Part shown: one piece after another, positions 37,656 through 49,046 of the stretch
Layout of the letters: every line of letters starts with the position of its first letter
Position numbering within the stretch: position 1 is the first letter of the stretch
Assembly (NCBI RefSeq): GCF_001194135.2
Contig: NC_068999.1
Span: forward strand, 39,988,561 to 40,037,606
Source: Octopus bimaculoides
Taxonomy: Eukaryota
Direction: 5' to 3'
DNA length: 49,046 nucleotides
The notes under the pieces: generated by a model
What the model was told of the DNA's origin: nothing
The model's input: only the letters and a program-made list of their open reading frames with translations
Database searches by the model: none
Translations under genes and position numbers: made by a program

Positions 37656-38183
37656 GTTCTTGCTGGTGTTCTTAATGGTTGCAGTGGTGTGAGCTGTTTT
37701 TGTTGGTGTTTTAAAACCATTGATAATATTGGCAGTAACGTTACCAAGTATTTCACCTTCTATATTTTTAAATGTTTAACTCTTTGACTGCTATTAGAAA
37801 TGTTACCTGTAGGACATTTTTACCATATTCCATTTTAAACTTTATCCTGCTTCTTTTATATATGCATTTTTCATTCAATTTGAATATCACTTCTCGTATC
37901 TTTATTTTATCGTGTTATATTTTAAATATCAGTATATGTGTATATACGCATATCATTGTACATATGAATGTAAATATACATATATATATATACACATAAA
38001 TAAATATAAATAAATCTGTATTGCTATTTTATGTCAAATCAAGGAAAATACGAAATTTTACGTCGATTTTATATTTCTTACATTGTACACAAATATATGC
38101 CTGTCCAAGCGTGCGCGCCCGCCTTTCCTTCGTATGTACGAATATATATATATATGTGTGTGTGTCTGTCTGCCTATATATGT

Positions 38184-38214
<31 letters not shown>

Positions 38215-38282
38215 NNNNNNNNNNNNNNNNNNNNNNNNNNNNNNNNNNNNNNNNNNNNNNNNNNNNNNNNNNNNNNNNNNNN

Positions 38283-38324
<42 letters not shown>

Positions 38325-40194
38325 ATATAAATATCCATATATTTATAAATTTGTATATACATTTACACTTATATATGTATGTTATGTATTTAGATATATA
38401 AACATCTCTGTGTTTATCAGTATATAAATGTCTATATGTATAAACCCATGACATAAAGACCCGCGGGAAAAGTTCGTCATGAGATAAATGGAAATCTACA
38501 AAATTAAGCTGCCTATTATCAAACTTTGACTCACAATTCAAACGAAAATGACCCTTAGGGATTAATACTAAATTTAAACCAATCAAAATGCATATCTTGC
38601 TCATTTTACGATGTTATATATGTAGTTCTTGCCAAATAAGAGAGACGAAGAAGAATTTAACGTAAATGGAAGCTAACATTATAGTATTTTCAATAAAATC
38701 TAACGCTTCTACCAGATATATTAAGATGCTTGGAAAACTCGATTTCCGCTTTTGCTACACTTTAAATCTTGCTTCCATTTTGTTCTCTGTCTTCTGTCAC
38801 TTTTTGTAGTATTACTATTGTATGTGAACCATTATTTTTTGTTTTTTTTTGTTTGCTTTTTCTTTTGGGTTCTATTTTTCTTTATGCTGTGTGTTACTTT
38901 AATAGAGCTAGACCTACAATGTGTATTGCCAATTTCCTGTGGTGCTGACTAGCAAGTTCATAAACATATCAATTTCTGCTAACATATTCCAAATTTACTG
39001 CAGATTCCCAGTCGATTTTGAGTGGCTACTCGTAACTTGGAATTAGTTAGGTCTGTTGGGTTGTTGTTGTTATTGCTGTTTCTGTAACTTTTGTTATTTC
39101 TCTTATACATGTACGTACATGGATATGTGCGTAAATATGTGTATAAATATATATATATATGTATACATATATATATATGTATGTAAGCATATATATACAT
39201 ATATACATACGCATACACACACACACCTATGTGTGTATATCCATGTACATGTATATTTCGCATGGTATTTATATGATGAAGATGGTTTCTAGAGCTTTAT
39301 GACCAATATAAGTTAAACATTACAAAGTAAATATTTCAGATATATACAGCCATATATACAATGTCACTCTTCTAAATCATTACAGATTATATACGTTGAA
39401 CAGGTCAACTAGGAAACCTCGATGAAAACTGCACATTCCGCTAAAAGTGACGGTCAAGACTCACTCACTCGTATCAAACATTTCAATCGGTGACTGTTGT
39501 AAAACTATGACTCAGAAACTGTGGGGTGTAAGTGAATTTTGGTGAAGGCGTTTGTTTGTGGAGGGGTGATAGTAATTCAGTGCTTAGGATACGAGATAGT
39601 TGAACCTTTGAGAGGTGGAGGTTCGTGTGTGGCTGGGGTGTAAGTATAAACGTGGAATGAATTTGTGTTTATTAGGTTATTAACTGAATCTTCCAAATCC
39701 AAACACATTCTATTTATCAAAACACAGGCACACATTTCACAATATCAGTCTTATATTCTAATGATAGTACTACTATTTCACATATACACACACTCACACA
39801 TATACTCGCACCAGTACACAACTTCACCAAAAATACATGGACACCCCACTGATCGTAACCATAAGTTCTACAGTTAGCCGACAACTTTTGACCTGATTGC
39901 CAAATATATTTTTCTATACAATTCTTTTTATCCATTCAAATATATTTTTCCCCCGAATTCTTAGTCCACAATACTTAACAGCGCGAAAGCACACACACAC
40001 ACATATACTTACATACGCAGATACTCACATTGTCATTTTTATAGACGCACTGACTGCGTTCTTCATAATTCTTTCAAATGTATTTTCTAGAAAGATATTT
40101 AGAGAATTTCCTTCCAATCCACCACAAACCTAACTACATCATGCTCTGTCAAACCTAAGAACACAATGGCTCTCACAGACACAGTTATATGTAG

Positions 40195-40310
40195 ATAGAT
40201 ACATACAGAGAGATAGAGAGGGAGAGAGAGAGGGGAGAAAGAGAGAGAGAGGGGGAGAGAGAGGGAGGAGAGAGAGAGGGAGAGAGAGAGAGGGGGGAGA
40301 GACAGAGAGA
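40195..40310. repeat. degenerate (GA)n purine tract
   Basis: Direct inspection. Confidence 0.9.
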
Positions 40311-40814
40311 AACCCGCGCAACAAATATTACCATAAAGACACGCATAACGCAATTGGGATGTTATTAAATTTAATGCAAGCACTTGAATTTTCATCAGAT
40401 TTTTTTCTAATAATTCTACGTCTTTGTAATTAATTTCTAGAAAAAACAAATGCTATTTTTGTCATCAGCTTTCAAAGCTGCATTTTTCTAATGTAAAAAA
40501 AATTAAATGAAAATTTGAAATAGTGAAGAACTTGGAAGGAATTTAAATCGATCTTGCTATTGAACAACGTAATACTACTCCACACTTAACCTCTTGACTA
40601 ATACCTTGGCCAAAATCTTGTAATCTGTGTTTTGCAGGGTTACTGTCCTAAAATTATCTATTTGTTTCCTCTTCTCAGGGCTCTCCACCACGGGAAGCTG
40701 ACGATTGCACTTTGCAAATTCCAATGGACTAACTTATTAACCCGGCCTCTGAAATAAGGGAAATGTCTTGGGGTAATTTCGAACCTGGGTTCTCATTTCT
40801 AATGTATATACCTA

Positions 40815-40892
40815 CGGACATATGGCGTAGTTGTTAAGAGCACGTGCTACTAACGCCAAGATTCCAATTTCCATTCCAGACAGCGACCTGAA

Positions 40893-40941
<49 letters not shown>

Positions 40942-41134
40942 AATAATAATAATAATAATAATATCATCGAGAAATACCCTAGGAATGTGAACACAGGTTC
41001 GAAATTTCTCCAAGACACCTGATGAAGGCCTGTATATTGGCCGTAACGTTGTCTTAATAACAAACAAGATGAGGACAAATATCCGTCAAATGTAAATAAT
41101 GTACATAATTCCTCATCTCTTTTAAATACAGAAC
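40815..41134 (+). mobile_element. SINE family S4: tRNA-like head + (TTA)n(TAA)n + ribozyme-like tail
   Basis: TGGCGTAGTTGTTAAGAGC A-box head with a degenerate B-box, internal microsatellite, hammerhead-like core at 41014-41055. Confidence 0.8.
41014..41055 (+). ncRNA. Penelope-type minimal hammerhead ribozyme motif, core mutated (GAAA to GTAA)
   Basis: GACAC-CTGATGA-A-GGCC tgtatatt GGCC-GTAA-CG-T-T-GTCTT: 4-bp GC stem II, palindromic ACGT stem III, stem I 4 of 5 paired. Confidence 0.7.
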
Positions 41135-41445
41135 AATGATTTTCTTTCATCTACTTTGTTTTTAATGTCTTCTTTCCATAATTTCACATAGGCCCCTTGC
41201 ACTTTCTGTTAGACTGTAAGCTTCCCGAACTCACCATCAGATTTTCAAAAACGGCAACAGTTATATCCTGGATGAAATGGTTTCTACCTGAGTTGTTATG
41301 AAATTGCGAACTGAATGATTTACGCTTCATCTACCAGAAGTTTACTTTTCTTCTCCATTGCTCCACTGTAATCAAGTGTTTCACGTTAATTCTATTCATA
41401 TAAAGTGTTCATGTATAAACAATGCTTTGATATTGTTTTCACTCT

Positions 41446-41665
41446 AAAGTGACGAGCTGGCAGAAACGTTGGCACACCGGGCGAAATGCTTAGCCGCACT
41501 TCGTCTGTCTTTACGTTCTGAATTGAAACTCCGCCGAGGTTGCCTTTGCCTTTCATCCTTTCGGGGTAGATAAATTAAGTACCAGTTTCGTACTAAGGTC
41601 GATCTAATCGACTGCCCCTTCACTCCTAAATTTCGGGCCTTGTGCCCAGAGTAGAAAAGATTATT
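41446..41665 (+). mobile_element. SINE family S1, best full-length copy
   Basis: GACGAGCTGGCAGAAACGTTGGCAC head, B-box-like GAATTGAAACTCC, body CTTTGCCTTTCATCCTTTCGGGG, tail GGCCTTGTGCCCAGAGTAGAAAAG; resembles known octopus tRNA-derived SINEs (from memory). Confidence 0.93.
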
Positions 41666-43052
41666 TTTTACTCTATTCGCACAAACAATAAATATTTATA
41701 TCTACAATCACATACACTATTTAAAAAATGGTTAAATTAATTTCATATTAACTAGATTCAAAATATTAACTCCATTCTTTTAATATTAAGTGAAATGAAG
41801 TAAAAATTTAACATAGCAAAAATGGACTATTACATAAACTTAAAAGAAGATGGATGTTATTAACTCCAGAATATATCTCTGATTAAAACCATTATAATGA
41901 TTAGAATAGATTTACAATACAAATAGTATCATTTCTATACCTAATTAAAGTCAATTTCATATTGACATACTTAAATAAAGAGACATTATTAAATCTGAGC
42001 AGGTGAGTTAATATTCATCATATGTCTTATTAGTTTCTGTTATCGCAATGGCTTAACATTTTCCCGCCGGCGTACTTCATTATTTCATATTGAATCTAGA
42101 GATTACCTCATAATTTCCTTCCACAACCTCACACTGTTTATATTAATACGCAAACTTATGTAATAAATATGTATTAATATATACTGAAAACACAATCGCG
42201 TATACACACAAACACAGATATGCATATATGATTGCATATGTGTGTTCAATTGTAGTATGCTTGTATATCTGTAAGGTTATGCACAGTGCATCATATTAAC
42301 AGCAATAATAGTAATAATAATAACTATATATATATATATATATATATNNNNNNNNNNNNNNNNNNNNNNNNNNNNNNNNNNNNNNNNNNNNNNNNNNNNN
42401 NNNNNNNNNNNNNNNNNNNNNNNNNNNNNNNNNNNNNNNNNNNNNNNNNNNNNNNNNNNNNNNNNNNNNNNNNNNNNNNNNNNNNNNNNNNNNNNNNNNN
42501 NNNNNNNNNNNNNNNNNNNNNNNNNNNNNNNNNNNNNNNNNNNNNNNNNNNNNNNNNNNNNNNNNNNNNNNNNNNNNNNNNNNNNNNNNNNNNNNNNNNN
42601 NNNNNNNNNNNNNNNNNNNNNNNNNNNNNNNNNNNNNNNNNNNNNNNNNNNNNNNNNNNNNNNNNNNNNNNNNNNNNNNNNNNNNNNNNNNNNNNNNNNN
42701 NNNNNNNNNNNNNNNNNNNNNNNNNNNNNNNNNNNNNNNNNNNNNNNNNNNNNNNNNNNNNNNNNNNNNNNNNNNNNNNNNNNNNNNNNNNNNNNNNNNN
42801 NNNNNNNNNNNNNNNNNNNNNNNNNNNNNNNNNNNNNNNNNNNNNNNNNNNNNNNNNNNNNNNNNNNNNNNNNNNNNNNNNNNNNNNNNNNNNNNNNNNN
42901 NNNNNNNNNNNNNNNNNNNNNNNNNNNNNNNNNNNNNNNNNNNNNNNNNNNNNNNATATATATATATATACATATATGGCGATTTTGTTGAATAAATTTA
43001 CTGTTTAGTATTTCAAAACATTTTTATTGAATTTTGGAAAATATATCCATTC

Positions 43053-43914
43053 GAACTGTCTGAATTTCAAATAGGCTATTTTGTGGGTAAATCTGACATA
43101 GCGTAAAATCGCAGAAAAGCTTGGGATCCGGCTTTCTCCAGTTAATAGAGTGATTAATCAATTCACCAGAGAGGAGAAGGAGTCCACATCACTTCACTCA
43201 GGTTAACCAGGATTCTCTGACAAGATCCTTCTCTAGTAGCAAGGCCTATGACATAGCAGAACACGTTTTGCCAGTCTCAACAGCTGTCAGATATCACCAC
43301 AAATTTGATTAATATGGCAGAGCAGCAATAATGAAGCCATTTATCTCATCAGCCAATATCAAGCAGAGAAAGTATTGAGCCAGTGAGATGGTGGAGAGGC
43401 CACTAGCATTTTCAAACACTATCATTTTGATACAAAAAGATTGCAGCCAACAATGAAACATGACAACTAATCTGTGATGGTCTGTGGAGCAATTTGGAGC
43501 AATGGTGAATCAGAGCTGGTGGAGTGTGAGGAAAACATGGACTCAGATAAATATGTATCCATATTCCAGAAAGGATTACTTCCAATATTCTCCAGTGGTG
43601 AAATGATTAAGATAGACTTTATGGAAGATGAATCTCGTTCTCTCAAGGTGTATATGACCCAAACTTGTCGGATGAGAATGGTATTAAAGCCTTCATGTCC
43701 CAGCGAGTCACCAAATATGACCCCTATTGAACGCCTCTGGAGCATAATTGACAGGACACTTCATAAAATGTAGAAGAAAGCATCTTCAAAGCCAGATATT
43801 TTGAGATTTCTGCATGAAACTTCGCAAGGGAACATTCTTCATCTGACCATTAACATGCCTAATAGAGTCATTCTTGTATTGAAAAAATACAAAACCATGT
43901 CTACTAGATATTAA
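43053..43914 (+). pseudogene. Tc1/mariner (DD34E-type) transposase remnant
   Basis: N-terminal ELSEFQIGYFVG; KRLQPTMKHDN*SVMVCGAIWSNGESELVECEENMDSDKYVSIFQKGLLP; FMED; SPNMTPIERLW; C-terminal MPNRV...TRY*. Stops and frameshifts present. Confidence 0.92.
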
Positions 43915-44312
43915 ATATTCACATTATAACAATTAATTAATAATTAGAATATATAATTTCAGATTTAAATAAATGTTAACGTTTATAAAGGTGTCTATTT
44001 ACTTGGTATGTCTATGCACATATATACATATACATAAATAAATATTCGGCATGACTGCGTGTGTCTGGTTTGCTGCAATAGTATGTGAGATTTTCAGAAA
44101 ATTCTCTATTTTAAATGCCAATAATCAATAGGGAAACTTACTGTGAGCGTATATCAGAAATTCATTTGAATATTCTACATAGCCATCATATATGTCAGTT
44201 TATACGATGTTTGTGGATGAGCATAAATTTTATCACCTACAGTAAGTGAATGCATTTATAAATACATGATGTAAGTATACACACACATATAGCTAGCTTG
44301 CTAGCTAGCTAG

Positions 44313-44358
44313 ATAGATAGATAGATATGTAGGTAGATAGATAGATAGATAGATATAT
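44313..44358. repeat. (GCTA)n to (GATA)n microsatellite
   Basis: Direct inspection. Confidence 0.9.
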
Positions 44359-44473
44359 AGATAGATAGATAGATAGATATTTTCCTACCTGTATTCTTCT
44401 AACTACTTTTTCTCTTTATTGTTCAATTTTATTCCTTGTAAACTGTAAATTTTACTCGTCAAAATATTCATAC

Positions 44474-44543
44474 CTTATTTCTGATGATGGAGTACCCAGT
44501 GCATGGACATGTTAACCAACCACTTGAGTTATCCCAGAAACAG
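44474..44543 (-). CDS. candidate 70-nt exon (CFWDNSSGWLTCPCTGYSIIRNK), unverified
   Basis: Acceptor TTTGAAGTCTTACAG, donor AAG|GTATGA, one open frame (phase 2 to 0). Confidence 0.2.
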
Positions 44544-44738
44544 CTGTAAGACTTCAAATTCACCTTCCTCTAATTACATTATTCTAAATGACATTAGATA
44601 CGCATTCTGCCTGGTTTTGCTTTTTCCTCTAATATAATGTATGAGACAGTGAGATATAGAGAGGAAGAGGCGAAGAGAAAAAGAAAGAGCGTGTAAGAGA
44701 GAAAGAGTAATTAGAAAAATACAGAGATTCGAAAGCAG

Positions 44739-44789
<51 letters not shown>

Positions 44790-45118
44790 AATAAATAAGG
44801 TCTTTCTTTGGTGTAATAGCATTCGTGAAATGGGTATTCGAGTGTATACATGACAGAGAGAGAGACAGTGAACGAGTGAGCATATGTGTGAGTGTATATG
44901 TACTCTGTGTTACTCTGTGTGTGTGTATGTGCAAGTGCGTGTGTGTGCACGCGCGTGTGCGTGATTGTGTCAACTTTAAGGAGATGGTAAACTTATTCAT
45001 AACAAGTTCTGCGTTTCCTGAAGAAAAATCTCAGAGAATTCGGATGTGATTCATTAATTATCTTCCATAAATATGGTATATATATCATTGTAGCTGATAT
45101 TCACTAATTTATCGCTCT

Positions 45119-45161
<43 letters not shown>

Positions 45162-45558
45162 CCTGTCTGTCCGTATGTCTCTATATCTATGCATTTATGT
45201 ATAATATATATATGTGTGTGTGTGCGTGTGCGCGCGNNNNNNNNNNNNNNNNNNNNNNNNNNNNNNNNNNNNNNNNNNNNNNNNNNNNNNNNNNNNNNNN
45301 NNNNNNNNNNNNNNNNNNNNNNNNNNNNNNNNNNNNNNNNNNNNNNNNNNNNNNNNNNNNNNNNNNNNNNNNNNNNNNNNNNNNNNNNNNNNNNNNNNNN
45401 NNNNNNNNNNNNNNNNNNNNNNNNNNNNNNNNNNNNNNNNNNNNNNNNNNNNNNNNNNNNNNNNNNNNNNNNNNNNNNNNNNNNNNNNNNNNNNNNNNNN
45501 NNNNNNNNNNNNNNNNNNNNNNNNNNNNNNNNNNNTATATATATATATATATATATAT

Positions 45559-45560
<2 letters not shown>

Positions 45561-45627
<67 letters not shown>
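45561..45627. repeat. (AGAT)n microsatellite
   Basis: Direct inspection; (TATC)n at 45117-45165 lies on the other side of the gap. Confidence 0.95.
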
Positions 45628-45628
<1 letters not shown>

Positions 45629-46215
45629 TGGTATACGTAGTTAGATACAGGTGTAGATGTTTATTATGTCTGAGCATCTGTGTGAGCGTGTGTAGATATG
45701 TGTTTACTTACAATTATGCTCCGATACGTTTATATCTCTATAACTCACATGTCGCTTTACAGGAGCACCAGAACTCTACGTCTTTGCAATCACATGCTGC
45801 AGGCTCCATATTCTCTATCATTTCGCTATGAAACAATAATTCCAATTAAGATACTAACTTCGGGGCTATATTTGTATATTTTATCATATTTCGTTTCTAT
45901 AAATCCTAATACTAACAAATATTATATCTATAGAAAAGTAGACACCTCTAAGTGTACGCTTAATATATATATAAATTCAACATTTAATATTACTCATTGT
46001 CCTTCAACTGTATATAAACAAACATATATCTCTATGTGCGTCTTCGCTTGTAGGTATGGATCTATTTTTCCATGTATATATGTTAGAATACATGGATGAA
46101 TGTATGTATGTATGTCGTTATTCGGTTTATTTCAAGATTTTTTGCCAATAGAGAAAGAACCGGTTTCTAACCTGGACCCAAGGACTGTTGGCGTTTGCTA
46201 ATCGTTTCACCACAT

Positions 46216-46242
46216 TATTATTATCATTATTTTAATTATCAC

Positions 46243-46292
<50 letters not shown>
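46216..46292. repeat. (TAT)n microsatellite
   Basis: Direct inspection. Confidence 0.95.
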
Positions 46293-46294
<2 letters not shown>

Positions 46295-46759
46295 GCACAT
46301 CAGTATCAAAATTAACGAAGACTGCTATTGACATTATTAAAGGAGAGAAATATATTTACATTTGTTATTTATATATTTTCTTGGCACATTTATACTTCAC
46401 GTAATGTCAAAGTGAAATAAGCGAAGTCAAATGTCAAAGAAGATAGACAACCTTTTTTTCTTAATGATATAACTGATATGCGAAGTGCTAATAATATCGA
46501 TCATCTGTTAACGCTATTGCTACAATTCATTATTTGCCCTATCGCACCTCACCTACTTAATCAATACAGCGTACAGCAAGATGTATTTTGTCAACAATTA
46601 TTCATTGTGGAAGTATTAAGGATGATACAGTGTGAAATTTTATAAATAGCTGTCACTCTATATCTACTGATATATATGGTATCGAAAGGTGGTATGTTAA
46701 AGAATGTGTATGTATGTGTATATATATAAATGAATGTATGAATATTAACGATGTATTCG

Positions 46760-46786
46760 TTAATAATAATGACAATCATAATAATG

Positions 46787-46858
<72 letters not shown>

Positions 46859-46925
46859 TTAATAGCTATTATTATTATGATAATTATAATAATGATAATA
46901 GTGATAATAATCATGATAATAAATA
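46760..46925. repeat. (AAT)n microsatellite
   Basis: Direct inspection. Confidence 0.95.
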
Positions 46926-47010
46926 TATTAATATATCTATGTGTAGGCATTCATGCATATACAAGCATACATACGTATACATACATACACACACATGTTG
47001 AAACACACAC

Positions 47011-47132
<122 letters not shown>

Positions 47133-47133
47133 T

Positions 47134-47366
47134 GAGTAAAGATTATTTGTCAAGTTAACATGGCAGTCCTGGTGTAGGACGAATGTTGCTATAATTTAGC
47201 CCCAGTAGACATCGTCTCCAGATGGCTATACGACACGATCTTTGTCCTTATATTTTCGAACCAGGGAATCTATCACTCAGCTCAAACCAATATCTGTGTT
47301 TCGCGATATCCGGGTTATTTCCCTAAACTAGGACTGCCATGTTATGTTGACAAATAATCTTTACTC
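47134..47366 (-). mobile_element. element F copy C (deletion derivative, core inverted relative to A)
   Basis: Perfect 20-bp termini GAGTAAAGATTATTTGTCAA / TTGACAAATAATCTTTACTC; one full arm, a partial core and a short second arm. Confidence 0.92.
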
Positions 47367-48357
47367 CAAAGTACAGTTTCTGAATATCTCTCGTTGCGAG
47401 ATTTACAAATCGTAATTTTCTAATTTATATATATATATATATATATAGTTACGATAATGTGTTTTTCTACTACTATAAGAAAATCACCCAATACATACGT
47501 ATAGTATAAATTATTTCATATTAGATGAATTGAAGGTAAAATTTCTCGTTTCATCTATCTCGGTGATAGTGGAAAAGAAAAAGAAAGAAAAATAGAAATT
47601 GTGATTACAATCTCTTAGTATTTGTCGGCATCGCTTCTGTGGTTAGAGATATCTACGTGGCGTTTTTGGTAAGAAAACCAAAATCATTCGAATGCTTGTG
47701 CTTTTGATATTGAAATTTTAAAATAAATAACAAAAATAATAAAATATATTTATATATGTGCGTGTGTGTGTGTGTGTGTGTGTGTGCGTTTCTATATAAA
47801 TCTGTATCAGATAAAGGTAATTCCGAGTTCACAATTCTGGTTGTATTACTGAGAAAGATGTGATGTGATTCTTCGTCGTTGCTACACCGAATTTTAAGTA
47901 ATTTTAAGTATGTGCATATATAAACATATGCTTGTATGAAAACTACAAAGTGCATGTATTTGCATTTCTTTGACAAGTAAGCATAGCGAGGAGATATTTG
48001 TCATTATGTATTGAACCAAAGCTATTAATAACTCAGGTTACATTTATATTCTTCATTTGCAAACACACTTAAAATTCTGTCCATTTTTTTTTCAATTTTA
48101 TATTTTCCTGCACAACCGCATATCCTATCTCTAAATCTGAGCATTTATTTAGTTGTATATCAATGAATATTATGGTAGTAGCTTTCGGTAATTTTTATTT
48201 TCCTTCTACTTCTCTACTTTACTCTTTTCCGTCCCTGTTTTCGTTAATGCTTGCTGAGATTATCTCCTATTACTATCACGAATAAACTTTCTTTGCCTGT
48301 ATCCATTACAATCAATTATACACCTTATTTATAATGAATTTCAGTATGTGTCCTTAC

Positions 48358-48418
48358 TAGTTCAGGTTCTTCGTTTTCTATATTTTTAGTTATCACTTCG
48401 GTGGTTTCCTTTCCAAAT
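48358..48418 (-). CDS. candidate 61-nt exon (FGKETTEVITKNIENEEPEL), unverified
   Basis: Acceptor TTTCCTGTCTTCTTGAAG, donor CTA|GTAAGG, open frame with protein-like composition. Confidence 0.25.
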
Positions 48419-48906
48419 CTTCAAGAAGACAGGAAACTTTTAGAAATATCTACAGGACATTGCAAAATTGTTGAGGCCATACATAATTATTTGTAACTGT
48501 TTCACAGTTCTTTTCTGAAACAACAACGTGTTGATAAAGACGTTTGGACGTAGTGCAGAACATATTGTTGGTTTATCCCCAGAGATTACATGCCGTTGGT
48601 ATTATTATTCACCCACGGCAATAGGTGAACATATTCTTAAGGTCAACTTTTAGTCACTCGCGAGCAATTTTGTGTTTCATCAACCAAGTCCAATGCAATA
48701 TTTTAGTAATCATGATCCAGTGTTCAGCTACGCTTTGAAATCAGTTACTAAAAAAAAAGGTCAACTCATGAGATGTCAAAAATGTGAGAGTCAGGTGAAA
48801 CATTGACTTTTAATCAAATTATATCAGTTAATTTAAAAGAAAGGTATAAATTGATTGGAATTAAAAGAATGTGCTGCCGTAGTCTCCTTTAGAGAGATAT
48901 GGAAGT

Positions 48907-48909
48907 AAA

Positions 48910-48975
<66 letters not shown>

Positions 48976-49046
48976 AAATAAGAAGAAAAAAAAGAGAAAA
49001 TAAAAAGAGAAAATAAAGAAAAAAAAGAAAAAAAGAAAATTAATGA
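48907..49046. repeat. (AAT)n and A-rich tract
   Basis: Direct inspection. Confidence 0.9.

Noticed and set aside
40679-40732. Strong plus acceptor followed by GSPPREADDCTLQIPMD*
   Set aside because: All frames stop quickly; isolated; cannot be distinguished from chance
48583-48624. Plus 42-nt exon candidate DYMPLVLLFTHGNR
   Set aside because: Moderate donor; the resemblance to LFTHG motifs is too short to trust; conflicts with the minus-strand candidates

Overview
AT-rich eukaryotic genomic DNA, about 11% N (13 gaps, nearly all bordering microsatellites). The SINE families and the di/tri/tetranucleotide microsatellite load look like an octopus (cephalopod) short-read assembly; this is recognition from memory, not a database hit. 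No protein-coding gene can be confidently called. Nearly every ORF in the track is a microsatellite or N-run artefact. Supported content: about 15 tRNA-derived SINE copies or fragments from 4 families, a decayed Tc1/mariner transposase (43053-43914, +), a CR1/Jockey-type LINE RT remnant (34154-34334, -), a long-arm foldback element family (4 pieces), a 165-bp element with 34-bp perfect inverted termini, and tandem repeats. The most notable signal is that three unrelated small elements each contain a minimal type-I hammerhead-ribozyme-like core (CUGANGA / stem II / GAAA / short or palindromic stem III / stem I in register) of the kind known from Penelope-like retroelements. They are the foldback element, the 34-bp-TIR element and a tRNA-headed SINE. 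This suggests a set of ribozyme-bearing non-autonomous elements that resemble MITEs and SINEs. A few weak minus-strand exon candidates, including a 13-nt microexon, hint that the window may be intronic, but this is unproven.
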